DNA of 64,000 nt from Nemertoderma westbladi (taxonomy: Eukaryota; Animalia; Xenacoelomorpha), in NCBI GenBank assembly GCA_032718475.1, contig JAUCBJ010004420.1:62001-126000 (forward strand), in the 5' to 3' direction. A program made the position numbers and the translations under genes. Positions 1 through 11,166 of this stretch are shown here, piece after piece; position 1 is the stretch's first letter, and each line of letters begins with the position of its first letter. The notes beneath the pieces are model-generated. The model ran no database searches and was not told where the DNA came from. It saw nothing but the letters and a program-made list of their open reading frames with translations.

Positions 1-281
1 TAACTCCCTAGCAAAGTATTGATATATTTTATCTAACGCCAAGATTTTCTCAGCTAACTCCCTAGCTGAGTATTGTTATATTTTATCTAAAGCCAAGATT
101 TTCTCATTTAACTCCCTAACAAAGTATTGTTATATTTTATCTAACACCAAGATTTTCTCAGTTAACACCCTAACAAAGTATTGTTATATTATTTACTAAC
201 ACCAAGATTTTCTCAACTAACTCCTTAATAAAGTAATGTTAGATTTTATCTAATGCCAAGATTTTCTCAGCTAACTCCCGT
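1..281. repeat. ~54-bp tandem repeat, about 5 diverged copies (intronic; runs off the window edge)
   Basis: Unit TAACTCCCTA(G/A)CAAAGTATTGTTATATTTTATCTAACRCCAAGATTTTCTCAG recurs at ~54-bp spacing. Confidence 0.85.
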
Positions 282-603
282 AACAATAGAATTCTATTGA
301 TTTTGACGATATTTGTCATTTTTAAATGTAGGAATATTTGCATTCCAATAATAAAATAGTGATGAGTGAAAATAGTGACTAGGTAGGTATTTACTTCCAA
401 TCTCGCCATGATTGCTTTTCAGTTTGTGTTGGTATTACTTACTTACCTACTACCAGTTAGTGAATAATAAATTTATATATTATTATAAAAGAATAATCTC
501 CTCCAGAAACTTATATACCAACATTGTAATATCAATTAATAATAATAGCACCCAGTCTTTTACAATACACGTGTAATAATGCTAATACAAATTTATATAT
601 TAC

Positions 604-747
604 CTGGGAGGCAAATCTGTGGATTGGCTGTTGGTATGAATCCAGCTTTACATTCACATTGATAGCTTCCCTCATTGTTTATACAACTTCCAGTTGTAGT
701 GGCACTTTCAGCGCATTCGGGAGTATCAGCAGCGCACTCATCTACAT
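604..747 (-). CDS. Calcium-binding EGF-like domain exon (phase 1-1) of the fibrinogen/EGF gene
   Basis: Minus strand CAG|AT...CCA G|GTA; 144 nt encoding DVDECAADTPECAESATTTGSCINNEGSYQCECKAGFIPTANPQICLP, which has the D-x-D-E-C and C-x-N-x-x-G-S-Y-x-C-x-C cbEGF signature. Confidence 0.9.
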
Positions 748-1328
748 CTGTTGATTAATTTATAATATTATTTATATTATTGTGATATTTAAAATAACCC
801 AGTTTTGATGGTGTCTACACCAACTAATTCAACCTTTGCGGATCGAATTAGCAAATATTTAATTCTGTGGGATAATTAGAAGCACCTTTTTTTGTAATAT
901 TATTCCAATATCTCAATGATGCACTAATATGGTGACTTGAGCAATCATTTTAACTTTTGTGCAATTTCTCGAGAACTAATAATTCTTGTGTTGTTTTCAT
1001 GGTCCCTACCCCCACTAAAATGATGTTTGCGATTCAAATGAGACAACTATTAGGTCTGTACAATCAACTGGAAGTGAATAAATTGAGAAGCTCCTATGTG
1101 ACTGTTGATCGTTATATTTGCGATGCTGTGAAAATCTGTAGAGAGTTTGGATTCTGAAAATCTTAAAATATTTTTGTGAAATGTTGTAGGATTCGTTTTT
1201 GTTTTGATTATAACATTTTATTTTCACTAACTCAACTAAATTTGAACAATAAAATTTTACAATACACAATATAATTTTATAATATAATTTAATTTAATAT
1301 AATTTGCTAATACAAATTTATATATTAC

Positions 1329-1469
1329 CTAGGCATATCTGTGGATTGGCGGTTGGTATGAATCCAGCTTTACAATCACATTGATAGCTTCCCTCATTGT
1401 TTGTACAACTTCCAGTTGTATTGGCACTTTCAATGCATCCGTGAGTATCATTAGCACACTCATCTACAT
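1329..1469 (-). CDS. Calcium-binding EGF-like domain exon (phase 1-1), tandem duplicate of the 604-747 exon
   Basis: 141 nt encoding DVDECANDTHGCIESANTTGSCTNNEGSYQCDCKAGFIPTANPQICL; canonical AG/GT splice sites; flanking intron sequence is also duplicated relative to the other EGF exon. Confidence 0.9.
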
Positions 1470-2000
1470 CTGTTGATTAATTTATAATATTATTTATATT
1501 ATTGTGATATTTAATATAAGCCAGAAAGGACTATCGAAAACAATAAAACCAAGATCTAAGTCAATTTATGCTGATCAAATAAGAACCGATGACTTAGTTC
1601 AACATGTGTACATAATTGCTAAATTATAATTACAACTAATTTGCTACTATTACTACTATTTGCGTGCTGCATTGCATTTGCATTCTATATGTGTATTCTG
1701 GTGTAAAATTTAATGGGATTCCGAATCCGAAATCCGTCATCTTATCGAAAAACTGATTTCAGATTCGAATCACCAAAGCGTTTTATATAGGAAAGCACTT
1801 AAAACTGTCGAAAAAAGACTGCCCCCCCCCCCCCCCCCCCTCCCTCCACCCTTAAGAATTGCTTGCATTTGATCCTGCAAATTGTGCCTGCAATTTAGGA
1901 ATGCTTGTATTTTCTATAAATAACCTAGCAGCCAACCTTTTTTACTTCACCCATCAAGCATCACTTATACGTATACTTTATTGTATAAATTGGGACCAAC

Positions 2001-2621
2001 CTTGAATCAGTATTTTCATTTCAACCATTTGAACTGGATTACCACCGGATAGGCTATACCATCTAGGTCCGTCTAACGCTCCGTATAATCCATTAAGGTT
2101 GGATAGATGGCACTCATTGTACCACCACGCCCCGTTATACTCCTGAGCGCAGTTACCATCTAACCATTTATCTAAATCGTTGTCATATGTTGAAAATGCC
2201 ATTCCATTGTGGACTTGTTTTGGAGAATTATCGTTGGTCAGCGAATCGCCGGCAGTAGAATCCTGGTCATTGTATCCCGATATCTTTAACTCATAGTTGG
2301 TGGCAGCAGATAGAACTTCAAAGGATGAATATTCTGCATAACTAACGATATCATTGTAGCAAAGTTCTACTCTAAGTTGAACTCCTCCCTGCTGGGTGAG
2401 CTGGTGAATGTTTTCGAGGCCAAGCCAAAACTCGTTGTTTATGTCTCCGAACCCAGTTACGTATTCATCCCAATTTCTATAGAAATCAACAATCCCATTC
2501 ATTCTACGTTGAATGACGATCCATTGATCTCCTTGTTGATCGTCGTAACGAAGATAACCGTTGAGACTGTTTACAGTGGCAGGAAGAACTTCTCCATTAG
2601 ATTGTAACTCCGCGCATGTTC
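2001..2621 (-). CDS. Fibrinogen-related domain (FReD/FBG) exon
   Basis: WIVIQRRMNG-x-VDFYRNW-x2-Y-x2-GFG, EFWLGLENIHQLT, HNGMAFSTYDND, GAWWYNECHLSNLNG and VEMKI motifs. Acceptor TAG|GA at 2622/2621; candidate donor CAAG|GTTGGT at 2001/2000 is phase-compatible with the EGF exon. An unspliced read stops at 1978. Confidence 0.88.
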
Positions 2622-2840
2622 CTATATAATGAAAAGAGGTAACAATAATGTTGGTTTAAATTAAACTAATAATATTATACATTAATTTATACAGTAATTT
2701 TGCATCAGCTTAGCTATTGTAACAAAGAAACAGTTTGTTGCACTAACAGTAATTTTTCATAAAATTTACTTTCAAATTATTGTTAGACATTAGAGAATTA
2801 AACTGCCGAGGGTTGAGATAGTATATTTTCTAATTACATA

Positions 2841-3093
2841 CTACTAGGATCGGCATGCTGCATTGCAGCTGCATTTTTAAGAATGCTGTGCCGGCTTATC
2901 GACAAAATAGCACCGCCACAACTCCCTATCACCCATGACATTTACTAGATCCTCCACATCTTCAAGGCCAGTATCCTTTAAGATGCGTCTCAAGAAAGTC
3001 ATGGGCTGTCCACCATGCTTATTCAGTCCATGGGGCTGCCAAAGTACAAGATTATGCACTGGCTGGTCCTCACGGCAAAAGCAATGTCCTGCA
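2841..3093 (-). mobile_element. RTE-clade LINE family 2, short 3' fragment
   Basis: Matches the 3' end of the copies at 16715 and 56116 (AGHC.REDQPVHNLVLW...DKPAQHS*); (TAG)n tail; TSD CTAATTACATA at 2830-2840 and 3117-3127. Confidence 0.85.
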
Positions 3094-3454
3094 TAGTTAA
3101 TTAATTAATAATTTACCTAATTACATAGTTAATACATAATATAATTTATGTATTCACCTTATTAAAGCCGGGGGGGGGGGTCAATAATACCCCCCCCCCC
3201 CCTCGCCCCTGGGTATTTTTGTACAACATTTTATAGCCCGGTACTTATAAGGTTAACGGTTCACGTCACACGTGAAAACATAATTATGTCAGAAAGTCCA
3301 ATATTCCCAAATAAGTTATAGTTCTACTGTCAATTCGAATTATTATCATTTTCCACACCCACAATAGATCACCCAAAATCAACAGAGAAGTAAAAATAAC
3401 TATTAATAACAATGTTGAATTAAAAAGAAAACAATCAATACAATTACTTGGACT

Positions 3455-3545
3455 TTACATCTACAGTATACGAAGGCAACGTTTTAGTGACTGGTTTATT
3501 CCAACTGCTATGCGATATTTGAAAAGCGGCACAATTCCTGTATAA
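3455..3545 (+). mobile_element. Possible short 3' remnant of a CR1/L2/Rex-group LINE
   Basis: Translates as SIRRQRFSDWFIPTAMRYLKS, resembling the R-x-x-R-F-x-x-S-F-I-P C-terminal motif of such LINEs; very short. Confidence 0.3.
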
Positions 3546-3897
3546 TAATTATACTAAAGGTAATGTAATTAATTATGGAAGTATATCATGTAAGTATGTC
3601 CTATGTAACTAATGTACGCTATGTCAACACAAAATATAAGATAAATATTAAATATGGGTAATTGAAAAGTTAACATAACCGTACAAAAGGATTGGTGTGT
3701 CATATAATAATAGTAAAGATAATGTCATTAATTATGTAAGTATTTACCCGTTACGTAAGTTTTGTAAGTATGTACCTGTAACCAATGGATGTTATATCAA
3801 CACAAAATATTAACCAGCCAGATCCCTAAATAACTGCCGTTGTTACACATTTATTAGCGGGATGATAACTATCCCTAATGCTGGGCTACGGCCAAAA

Positions 3898-3929
3898 ATG
3901 GTTATTTTGCCCTAGGGCAAAATAACCAT
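3898..3929. repeat. Perfect 32-bp palindrome ATGGTTATTTTGCCCT|AGGGCAAAATAACCAT
   Basis: Read directly; related imperfect palindromes at ~5020, ~6171-6202 and ~6249. Confidence 0.85.
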
Positions 3930-4551
3930 GTTATTCCCTCTTAGTAGTGAAGTGTTTATCGTGACACCACATACTGACATACAAACATAGGAACCGGTAA
4001 TGCTGCTGTACTCGTCTTAGGTCTGTTGTGTGTCACATCAGGTGTAAATCAGGTATTCAGACCACCAACTATTTTGTACTTCATGTTTCATTATTATTGG
4101 GCGTTTTGTATTTCATGTTTCGTTATTATTAGGCTGTGCTCCACTAGACAGCAAGGCCTATTTATGTCTCATTAATCACCTCATTGTCATACTCATACTG
4201 ACGACTTATACTGACGGCACTGACCTATGACTAAACTTTCAATTTCCACAGCAAATTAAGAGGTACCGGTACAGTAGGCCTACATAGTGTCACAGTCCAG
4301 AGTCGCACCGTACCAGGTCTGCAGCCTGCAGCCCTGCATGCAGGTAGGTCTAGTTTGGCCTGTATTTATATAGGCTGCAAGGTACCGTACTACCTCGTAC
4401 TGCAGTGAGACGTTTCTCCAGTTCCTTCCTCCTAAATGTTAAAAAAAGATATCTAAGAATGTCGTTTAAATACGTTCGCACCTTTCTGCCTTTTACTTTT
4501 TAATACAGATATTGAAACGTTTTAATATTAAAGTAAAGTAAAAAAAAGTAT

Positions 4552-4815
4552 TAACCGGTCTTCTAAGTGGAAGGTCTGGTGTTCGAGCCCCAGAACAGCC
4601 AAATTTTTGCTAGCTTCCAGTTGTACTGTAGGCTAATGGCAACCTGTCATGAGTTAAGGAGTAAAGAATATGGTTAGATAACCAGAGTACTCGACCTTGG
4701 GAGTAGTGTGGTGCCTTCCCTGCGTTACAGATAATAGCCAAGAGAATGAAGCCTTTGGGTTGTTGCCTCGGGTGTTTCTTCTTACACGTTTAAATATAAC
4801 TTTACTTTACTTTTA
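4552..4815 (+). mobile_element. tRNA-derived SINE-like element, 5'-truncated
   Basis: tRNA 3'-half-like TCTTCTAAGTGGAAGGTCTGGTGTTCGAGCCCC with a B-box-like GTTCGAGCC, a ~200-bp body and a (TTTAC)n tail. Confidence 0.45.
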
Positions 4816-5259
4816 TGCAGTTCTTAGCCAAAACTACATTTTCTAGACCATACTTTGATATAGTGGAGCGGAGATAGGTGTTGGTCGACTCTAAGTGACA
4901 TCATTCTTTTAAAACTGGCATAACAACCCGTTACTATGGGAATATTAATGTTATTCTTATAATGTTACTATTTAGTTAGCTCAAATATAGCTCAAAATGT
5001 GGAGAAAAAGAAGTACCTACATTTTTCCCTAGGGAATAATAGTTAATCATAAAGTAGGCCTAGGATTGCATTGAACTTACTTTTCCCGGCGAAAAATGTT
5101 AATGTGAAAATATTTTTCGTGGAATTTCTTAAACTTTATTACATGTGTTGAAAGAGCATCGAAATAGAAAATGTTTGTAGCTTTCCACGTAGTTTGAGCA
5201 AAATCCGAAACTCAATAGTAAGTAATATATAATAATAATTAAATGCTTGAGTTAATACA

Positions 5260-5723
5260 ATTATTTTATTCTTTAATTGTCAAGCTGAAGTAAAAAACCT
5301 TACCGGTAGGTATGCCAGTACAGTACGATACAAATACTAAAATAAAAAAGCAACTGACCATTAGACATTAGACATTGCACGTTGCATGCAATCAGTGATC
5401 AGCTGACGGCTGTCAGCTGATCAGTAGGTTTCGCCCCAATGGGGGCTTTCTCAAGTAGCTAGTGCTAGAAAGGAGACAATAGATAGAAGTTCCAAAGGGA
5501 GACGGGACGGTAATGTGAAACAAGGTAGAAGTGTATCCGTCTAACCACTGGGAAGCATTGGGGCGAAACCTACTGATCAGCTGACAGCCGTCAGCTGATT
5601 ACTGATTGCATGCAACGTCTAATGGTCAGTTGCTTTTTTATTTTAGTATTTGTATCGTACTGTACTGGCATACCTACCGGTAAGGTTTTTTACTTCAGCT
5701 TGACAATTAAAGAATAAAATAAT
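5260..5723. mobile_element. ~170-bp inverted-repeat pair; Penelope-like pseudo-LTR remnant or MITE
   Basis: 5260-5441 is the reverse complement of 5556-5723 apart from a short indel; the minus strand carries CTTGAGAAAG-CCCC-ATT-GGGG-CGAAAC, resembling Penelope minimal hammerhead variants. Confidence 0.55.
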
Positions 5724-6402
5724 ATATAATATTACTATATATTCATATACATATAATATATATTCTTAATAAACTTCATATATTCCAGAACCATTAAATT
5801 AATTAACATTTTCCTAAGTAATAAATAATTATTTATACTAATAAATGTATTTAATGTGAACGATATACACCCCCCTTCTGTGGGTAGTGGATACATGACA
5901 TGTCCACCAAAAATACTATTCAATTAATTAAGCCAATTTAGTTATATATCCAATTTTATATCCAAGTTTATGCAATGCTACTCCTAGCGGCCAATGTAAG
6001 AAAATAGGAATTTTAGAATGTAAACCATTTAAATAAGTTTGACATCAATTTTCACTAACAAATTCAGGTGCTTTTTTGATGATCGAATCTTACGGCGATT
6101 GGATGAATTAAGCATAGAGCTATACAATACACATGACACAGTAGGCCTAATGTTTTACCTTTGGAGCTTGGGTGTTATTATTCCCTTGGGCAAAATAACA
6201 CCTATGCAATTAATGAATTAAAGTGAAACACACCGAAAATTTTCCAATGCCCTTGGGCAAAATCAATATAAACACCCCCAAAACTTTCCAAGCCCCATTT
6301 TGTAAACTCTCCCCCCAAACAATGCCCTTTTAGAATCTGTAAATAGTTGTTAAGGGATAAAAATAATTGAAATGCATACCACAGTACATGTGTAACAACT
6401 TA

Positions 6403-6460
6403 CTTATTCCCCAGAAGTTAGTTATTTTCCCAGTTATATAACTAACTTCTGGGGAATAAG
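6403..6460. repeat. 23-bp-stem inverted repeat upstream of the tyrosine recombinase
   Basis: CTTATTCCCCAGAAGTTAGTTAT ... ATAACTAACTTCTGGGGAATAAG. Confidence 0.75.
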
Positions 6461-7281
6461 CATAGTTGTCACCCTTTACTCCCAGTTATCATCTAGTTAT
6501 CCCCCATGGTAAAATAACTATTAGTTCTATGAGTTATCTGGCAACCCAGTTATCCACCCATGGGGGAAGATTAATATTACTGTAGTTCTATGGGTAACAT
6601 GGCAACCATTATTACATTAGGCCCCAGTTTCCAGAAACTCTTGTAGGTACAGTACCGGACCGGTATCAGCTATTTTAGTGCAGTGTGCTAGTTTCAGTTT
6701 GCGCACTATACCGGTACTGTCAGATTGTTGAAGGTATTCCCTGGATGGAGTACAAGGCTTTGAAGGGGATTGGAGTGGAAGAGAGCTGCTAACTGCTAAG
6801 CCGCACACACCAGAATTGGCTTTTACCGGTAGGCTTTGTGTGTTTCTGCAGGTGATTTACTGCTGTACTGTTTATTTAAGTGAATTAATGCAGTAACTAT
6901 CCCTGTCGAGTAGGCATATGTGTAAGATACGGGATAGGCCTCCAGCATACGTACGGTACTCCAGTACTCTGGTACTGTGTGTGTTGTGTAGGCAGGTAGG
7001 TGGCCTGACCTATGCCAGTATGCTGCTGTCTTTCAAATAGGCAGATAACAGATAGGTCCTTCTTGCTCTACTGACATATATTAATTGTAGGGTTTGATTT
7101 GAATTGCCAAGAGTTCCCTAATACATATATTAATTATAGTAGTGTTGGTATCCAGCCTCAGTGCCTGGGCCTAGCTGAGTTACCGTACAGTTACAAGCAC
7201 AAGACTGTTTTAGGCTTCGGTAACCGGTACTGGTTCTTAATCCAGTAATCACCATCATACTGTTATCAATGAGTAGTCATA

Positions 7282-8886
7282 ATGAGTTCCGTGGGCCAAT
7301 CTGTATTAGATATGATGTTGTCAGAGTTGGATGATGAGTTATTCACCAGTACCGTTGACGATATTCATTCGAATCCCAGAGTTTCTACTAGTACCGATCC
7401 CGATATTCCTAAAACTAGTGGTTGTATAGGCTTAAAGCGCCACGTGGAAACGACATTGGAACTGGAAGTCATGGCTATACCCTTAGCAACATTTTTCCAA
7501 ACTTTGAAGACATTGCAGAGGAGGAGGCTTCATTAGACCTCCAACGATTAAGCCAAGAACTAGATATGGACGACTGTGAATATATTAAAGCAAAAACAAA
7601 CCAAAACACTGAACGAGCTACTAAAAATGCAACTGCTGCTCTTAATAAATATCTCATTGCTGTAAAGGAGACGCAGTCTGTGAAAACGATGAGTGGATTG
7701 CAATTGGAAGATACTTTAATGGGTTCCATGGAAGCTAGAAACCACTACCTTACATAGCTATTTTTATGGATTACTGCGGTATTTTAAAGGTATCAGGTTT
7801 GGGAATGCATTGGAAAGATATGAATTTGTTGATTCATACGAAGTATTTCAAACGCGTTTGAACGAATTGAAGAAGAATGGTAAAGGAAACCACTCAAATG
7901 CGAGTGACACTTTGGAGGAACGTGACTTTAAAATATTTAAATATAAGGGATTATTCGTGGACGACACACCCGTTAAGTTACGAAACACTTTATACATTGT
8001 ATTGGTTGTGCAGTTTGTCCTGCATACAGGTCATGAAATGCGCCAAATGAAGGTCAGTGACATAAAGGAGAGGTATTGTCAGAAAGAAGACAGATACTAT
8101 TTGGAGCTAGAGGAAAGAGCTACGAAAACTAGAAAAGGACTTACCCACTCATCCACACCTCGACGAATGAAACCAAGGACGTACGATGTTATAGATGACG
8201 ACCGAACAACATGCCTCGTTACTTTATATCGGATGTACATGTCAAAGCGATTCCCTGGCAGAATTATAGTCGAAGGTAATGACTACTGGGTGCGGGCAAA
8301 GGCGTCCGTTCCTGTGGCTGGAATATCGTGGTTCTCTATTCAACCAATTGGTCGAGATAGTTTTGGTCGGATTATGTCAGAATTAATTAAACGCTCAGGT
8401 CTGTCAAGTGATGGTAGGCACCTGACCGCAATGAGTTGCCGCAAAGCAACTGCCCAAGCTATAGTTGACAACAATATGCCTGCGAACTATGCCCAACTCC
8501 AACTGGGACACAAACATCTAAATACTACATCCTTCTACCTACGACCAAGTACGCAGTCTTGGAGCAACATATCCAATGTACTATCATCAGTTGTTTCTGG
8601 TGGAGTGGTTTCGGTTGCATTCGCTAGTGCAGATACATCTACTCAATGTATATCAGACAATGTCCAAGTTGAGATCCCAGACGATATAACATTCAATGCA
8701 ACCACAAACAGTGCTGCTACTCAAGGTAAAGATATCCCATCCAAAATAGCAAAAGGAGTTTATAGAAGGGGTGGCGTCTATGAGTGCCATCAAAAGGCAA
8801 CAAATGTGGATACCTATGGTGGATCTATGTCTCTATTTCAGGGCGCCACTGTCCACAATGTGCAGATTTATAATGTGTACAAATAG
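7282..8886 (+). pseudogene. Crypton-like tyrosine recombinase (DUF3504-type), frameshifted
   Basis: Pieces 7282-7536, 7422-7740 (KTNQNTERATKNATAALNKYL) and 7741-8886 (TTLHSYFYGLLRYFK...LKKNGKGN...LHTGHEMRQM...ERATKTRKG...CLVTLYRMYMSKR...WFSIQPIGRD...HLTAMSCRKAT...LGHKHLNTTSFY) follow the motif order of Crypton YRs; no RT is associated. Confidence 0.75.
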
Positions 8887-10101
8887 ACAACCATCAGCAT
8901 CATCCTTTATTCAAGCAATAATTATGCTAGTAGGGCCCTATTTATTTTTGCTTTATTTTGTTTTACATGTAACTAAGTGAATGCCGTCTATGCCTATATT
9001 TTAATATTGCTGAATTTTCCTTATTATATTTTTAGTGGGAAGACTTTATTGTATTAAATTTGTGTTTAAAGGCTTCGTGTTCGTAAAAAATAGAATTCAG
9101 TTAAATATCTCGAATTTAAATGTTATCACTACTATTTTTAATGCGTATTGATAGGATTTTTAAGCACCACTTTCGTAACCAAAAGTTTTATAAAAAATTC
9201 CTAAGGTTATAGTCATCAGATTGTTAACAGCATGTATTCTGGGATATTTTCAATAAGAATAAGCTGGAGCAGATAGGGAGGGAAACTGGACGCAATAAAA
9301 TGTCACCCCTCTTCAGGGGAAATTCGACGCAAATAACAGCTGATTATTCTCAAAAATAAAACTGTAACCTGTTCTATTGTGCTTATTTTATTGTTTTGGT
9401 TAAAATAACGTGCCACTGTAACCTGCTCCTTTCCCTAAGTTGATAATTTAACATTGAGGTGGGATATTAATTCGCCAAGGCGGGTTTTGCGTCCAGTTTT
9501 CTCCGCCTGTCTCAGCTGGAGTTATTGGAGTTATCTTTTAAGAAGTTTTATACAGTAGCTCTTAGTACAACGTTTTGAAATTTTAATTTTTTTAAATGCA
9601 ACAAGTTTTCAAATACCATTGTATTGTATATATGACGAGGGGTGGGGGTATTTTGTATGGTATTGTATTTTCACTCCAACCTTATTAATCGAATCAACCG
9701 CATTAAAATATTGCACTTTAGAGATAATATACTGTATAATAAAATCATAACAGTACTGTAGAAAGGAGAAGCTATCTATGGATATCGTAATTATTAATTT
9801 ATTTATAAACAATCTATCGTTATATCGCTCTCATTTCAAAAATGTTTTACAGATAGGCAGCAAACCAGGAATATTACAAAAAATACACTATGTAGACATT
9901 AAAATGAAAACACGCCTCGGCCACACCCGTCCTAAGTCATATTTTATACAATATATTCATTTATTTATGATGGAGTGTATGGTTTTCTTAATTAAATATC
10001 CGACAGTCACCTTGAAACCAGGCCATGAATTACAATTACAGTAGTTATCTTCCACCACGGTTAGATAACGTACATTATTGACCGGTTGTTTTTCCTGTTG
10101 T

Positions 10102-10168
10102 TTTAACCCGAGGAGTAGGAACCAGCCGAGGCGTAGATGAGGCTTTCCTACTCTGAGGGTTTAAATAA
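10102..10168. repeat. Imperfect hairpin with CCGAGG motifs; possible Crypton subterminal sequence
   Basis: TTTAACCCGAGGAGTAGGAA...TTCCTACTCTGAGGGTTTAAA; a second inverted pair lies at ~9262-9295/9485-9520. Assignment to the Crypton is inference. Confidence 0.35.
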
Positions 10169-11166
10169 TTGCGTTGTTGTACACTTTTACCGGACAAAAC
10201 AACACAACGCGATAAGATAATTTAGTACCGCTGAAGTAATTTCAGATTAACTACTACAATGAAACGACAATTATAGATTCTAAAGAGGGTTTAGTTTGGG
10301 GGGTCCAGTATAGAAAATGGGGCTTCTTTTTGGGGTTAAACAAATATGAATGTTTATTTTTCTAACGATTCGACAAAAAGCATAATGTAAATCAACATGG
10401 CAACATAGACATGCTATGAACATGTTATGCTGTAGTATAACATAAAAACAGTTTTCTGTATATTAGGATTCAAAAGTATTTCCGCTATATATCCATCATG
10501 GAGTATCCAATGTACGTATGTCGTGCAGTATGTCGTGCAGTGCAGAAACGGGTTGCCATTGTTGCATATTCCCGCTACATAAGAGTTTGTGCTTTTTAGT
10601 GGTCGGTCCTGGAATTCTCGTTCCTATGACAATGGTGGTCAATGGGCTGTTATTGCAAGAACGAATGTAGCCTAGGCTACCTACTGTATAGTCATGGGAA
10701 CAACGCCTAGTGCCATTATATCGTGTATGATCTTTCGAATTGTCAGTATTATTACCACAGCAACACTCGCAACAGGTTGTTATCTGTTACACCCAAACAA
10801 TATAAATACCCCCCCCCCCCCCCCAAGAAAAAAAGGAGGGAGGTACCCGTTAGGAGAGTATATTTTTAAACAGCTTTATCTTCGTGTTGTAGGTCAATAT
10901 CACTATTATGTGGTGTCAAGCTAAAGTGGGGAAGGCCAAAGAGCAACAATAATGGAAATTTTTAAATGTTTTGTGTCTCTCTAGCAGCGAGTGGCGGAAT
11001 TTATATAATATTTCACCCTAGATACTACTAGTCCCGTAACATTTATCCAATTTTTTTGAAACCAACTTTCTGACTTTTTTGGACTCAGCACATTCGAATC
11101 TACAAAAATTATCCATCCGATTTTCAAAACTAAATTTTTTTTGAACTCAATAAATAAATTAATTAA

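Noticed and set aside
7810-8886. Phage integrase, bacterial contamination or DIRS element
   Set aside because: Motif order fits eukaryotic Crypton YRs; there is no linked RT/RNase H and no prokaryotic gene context.
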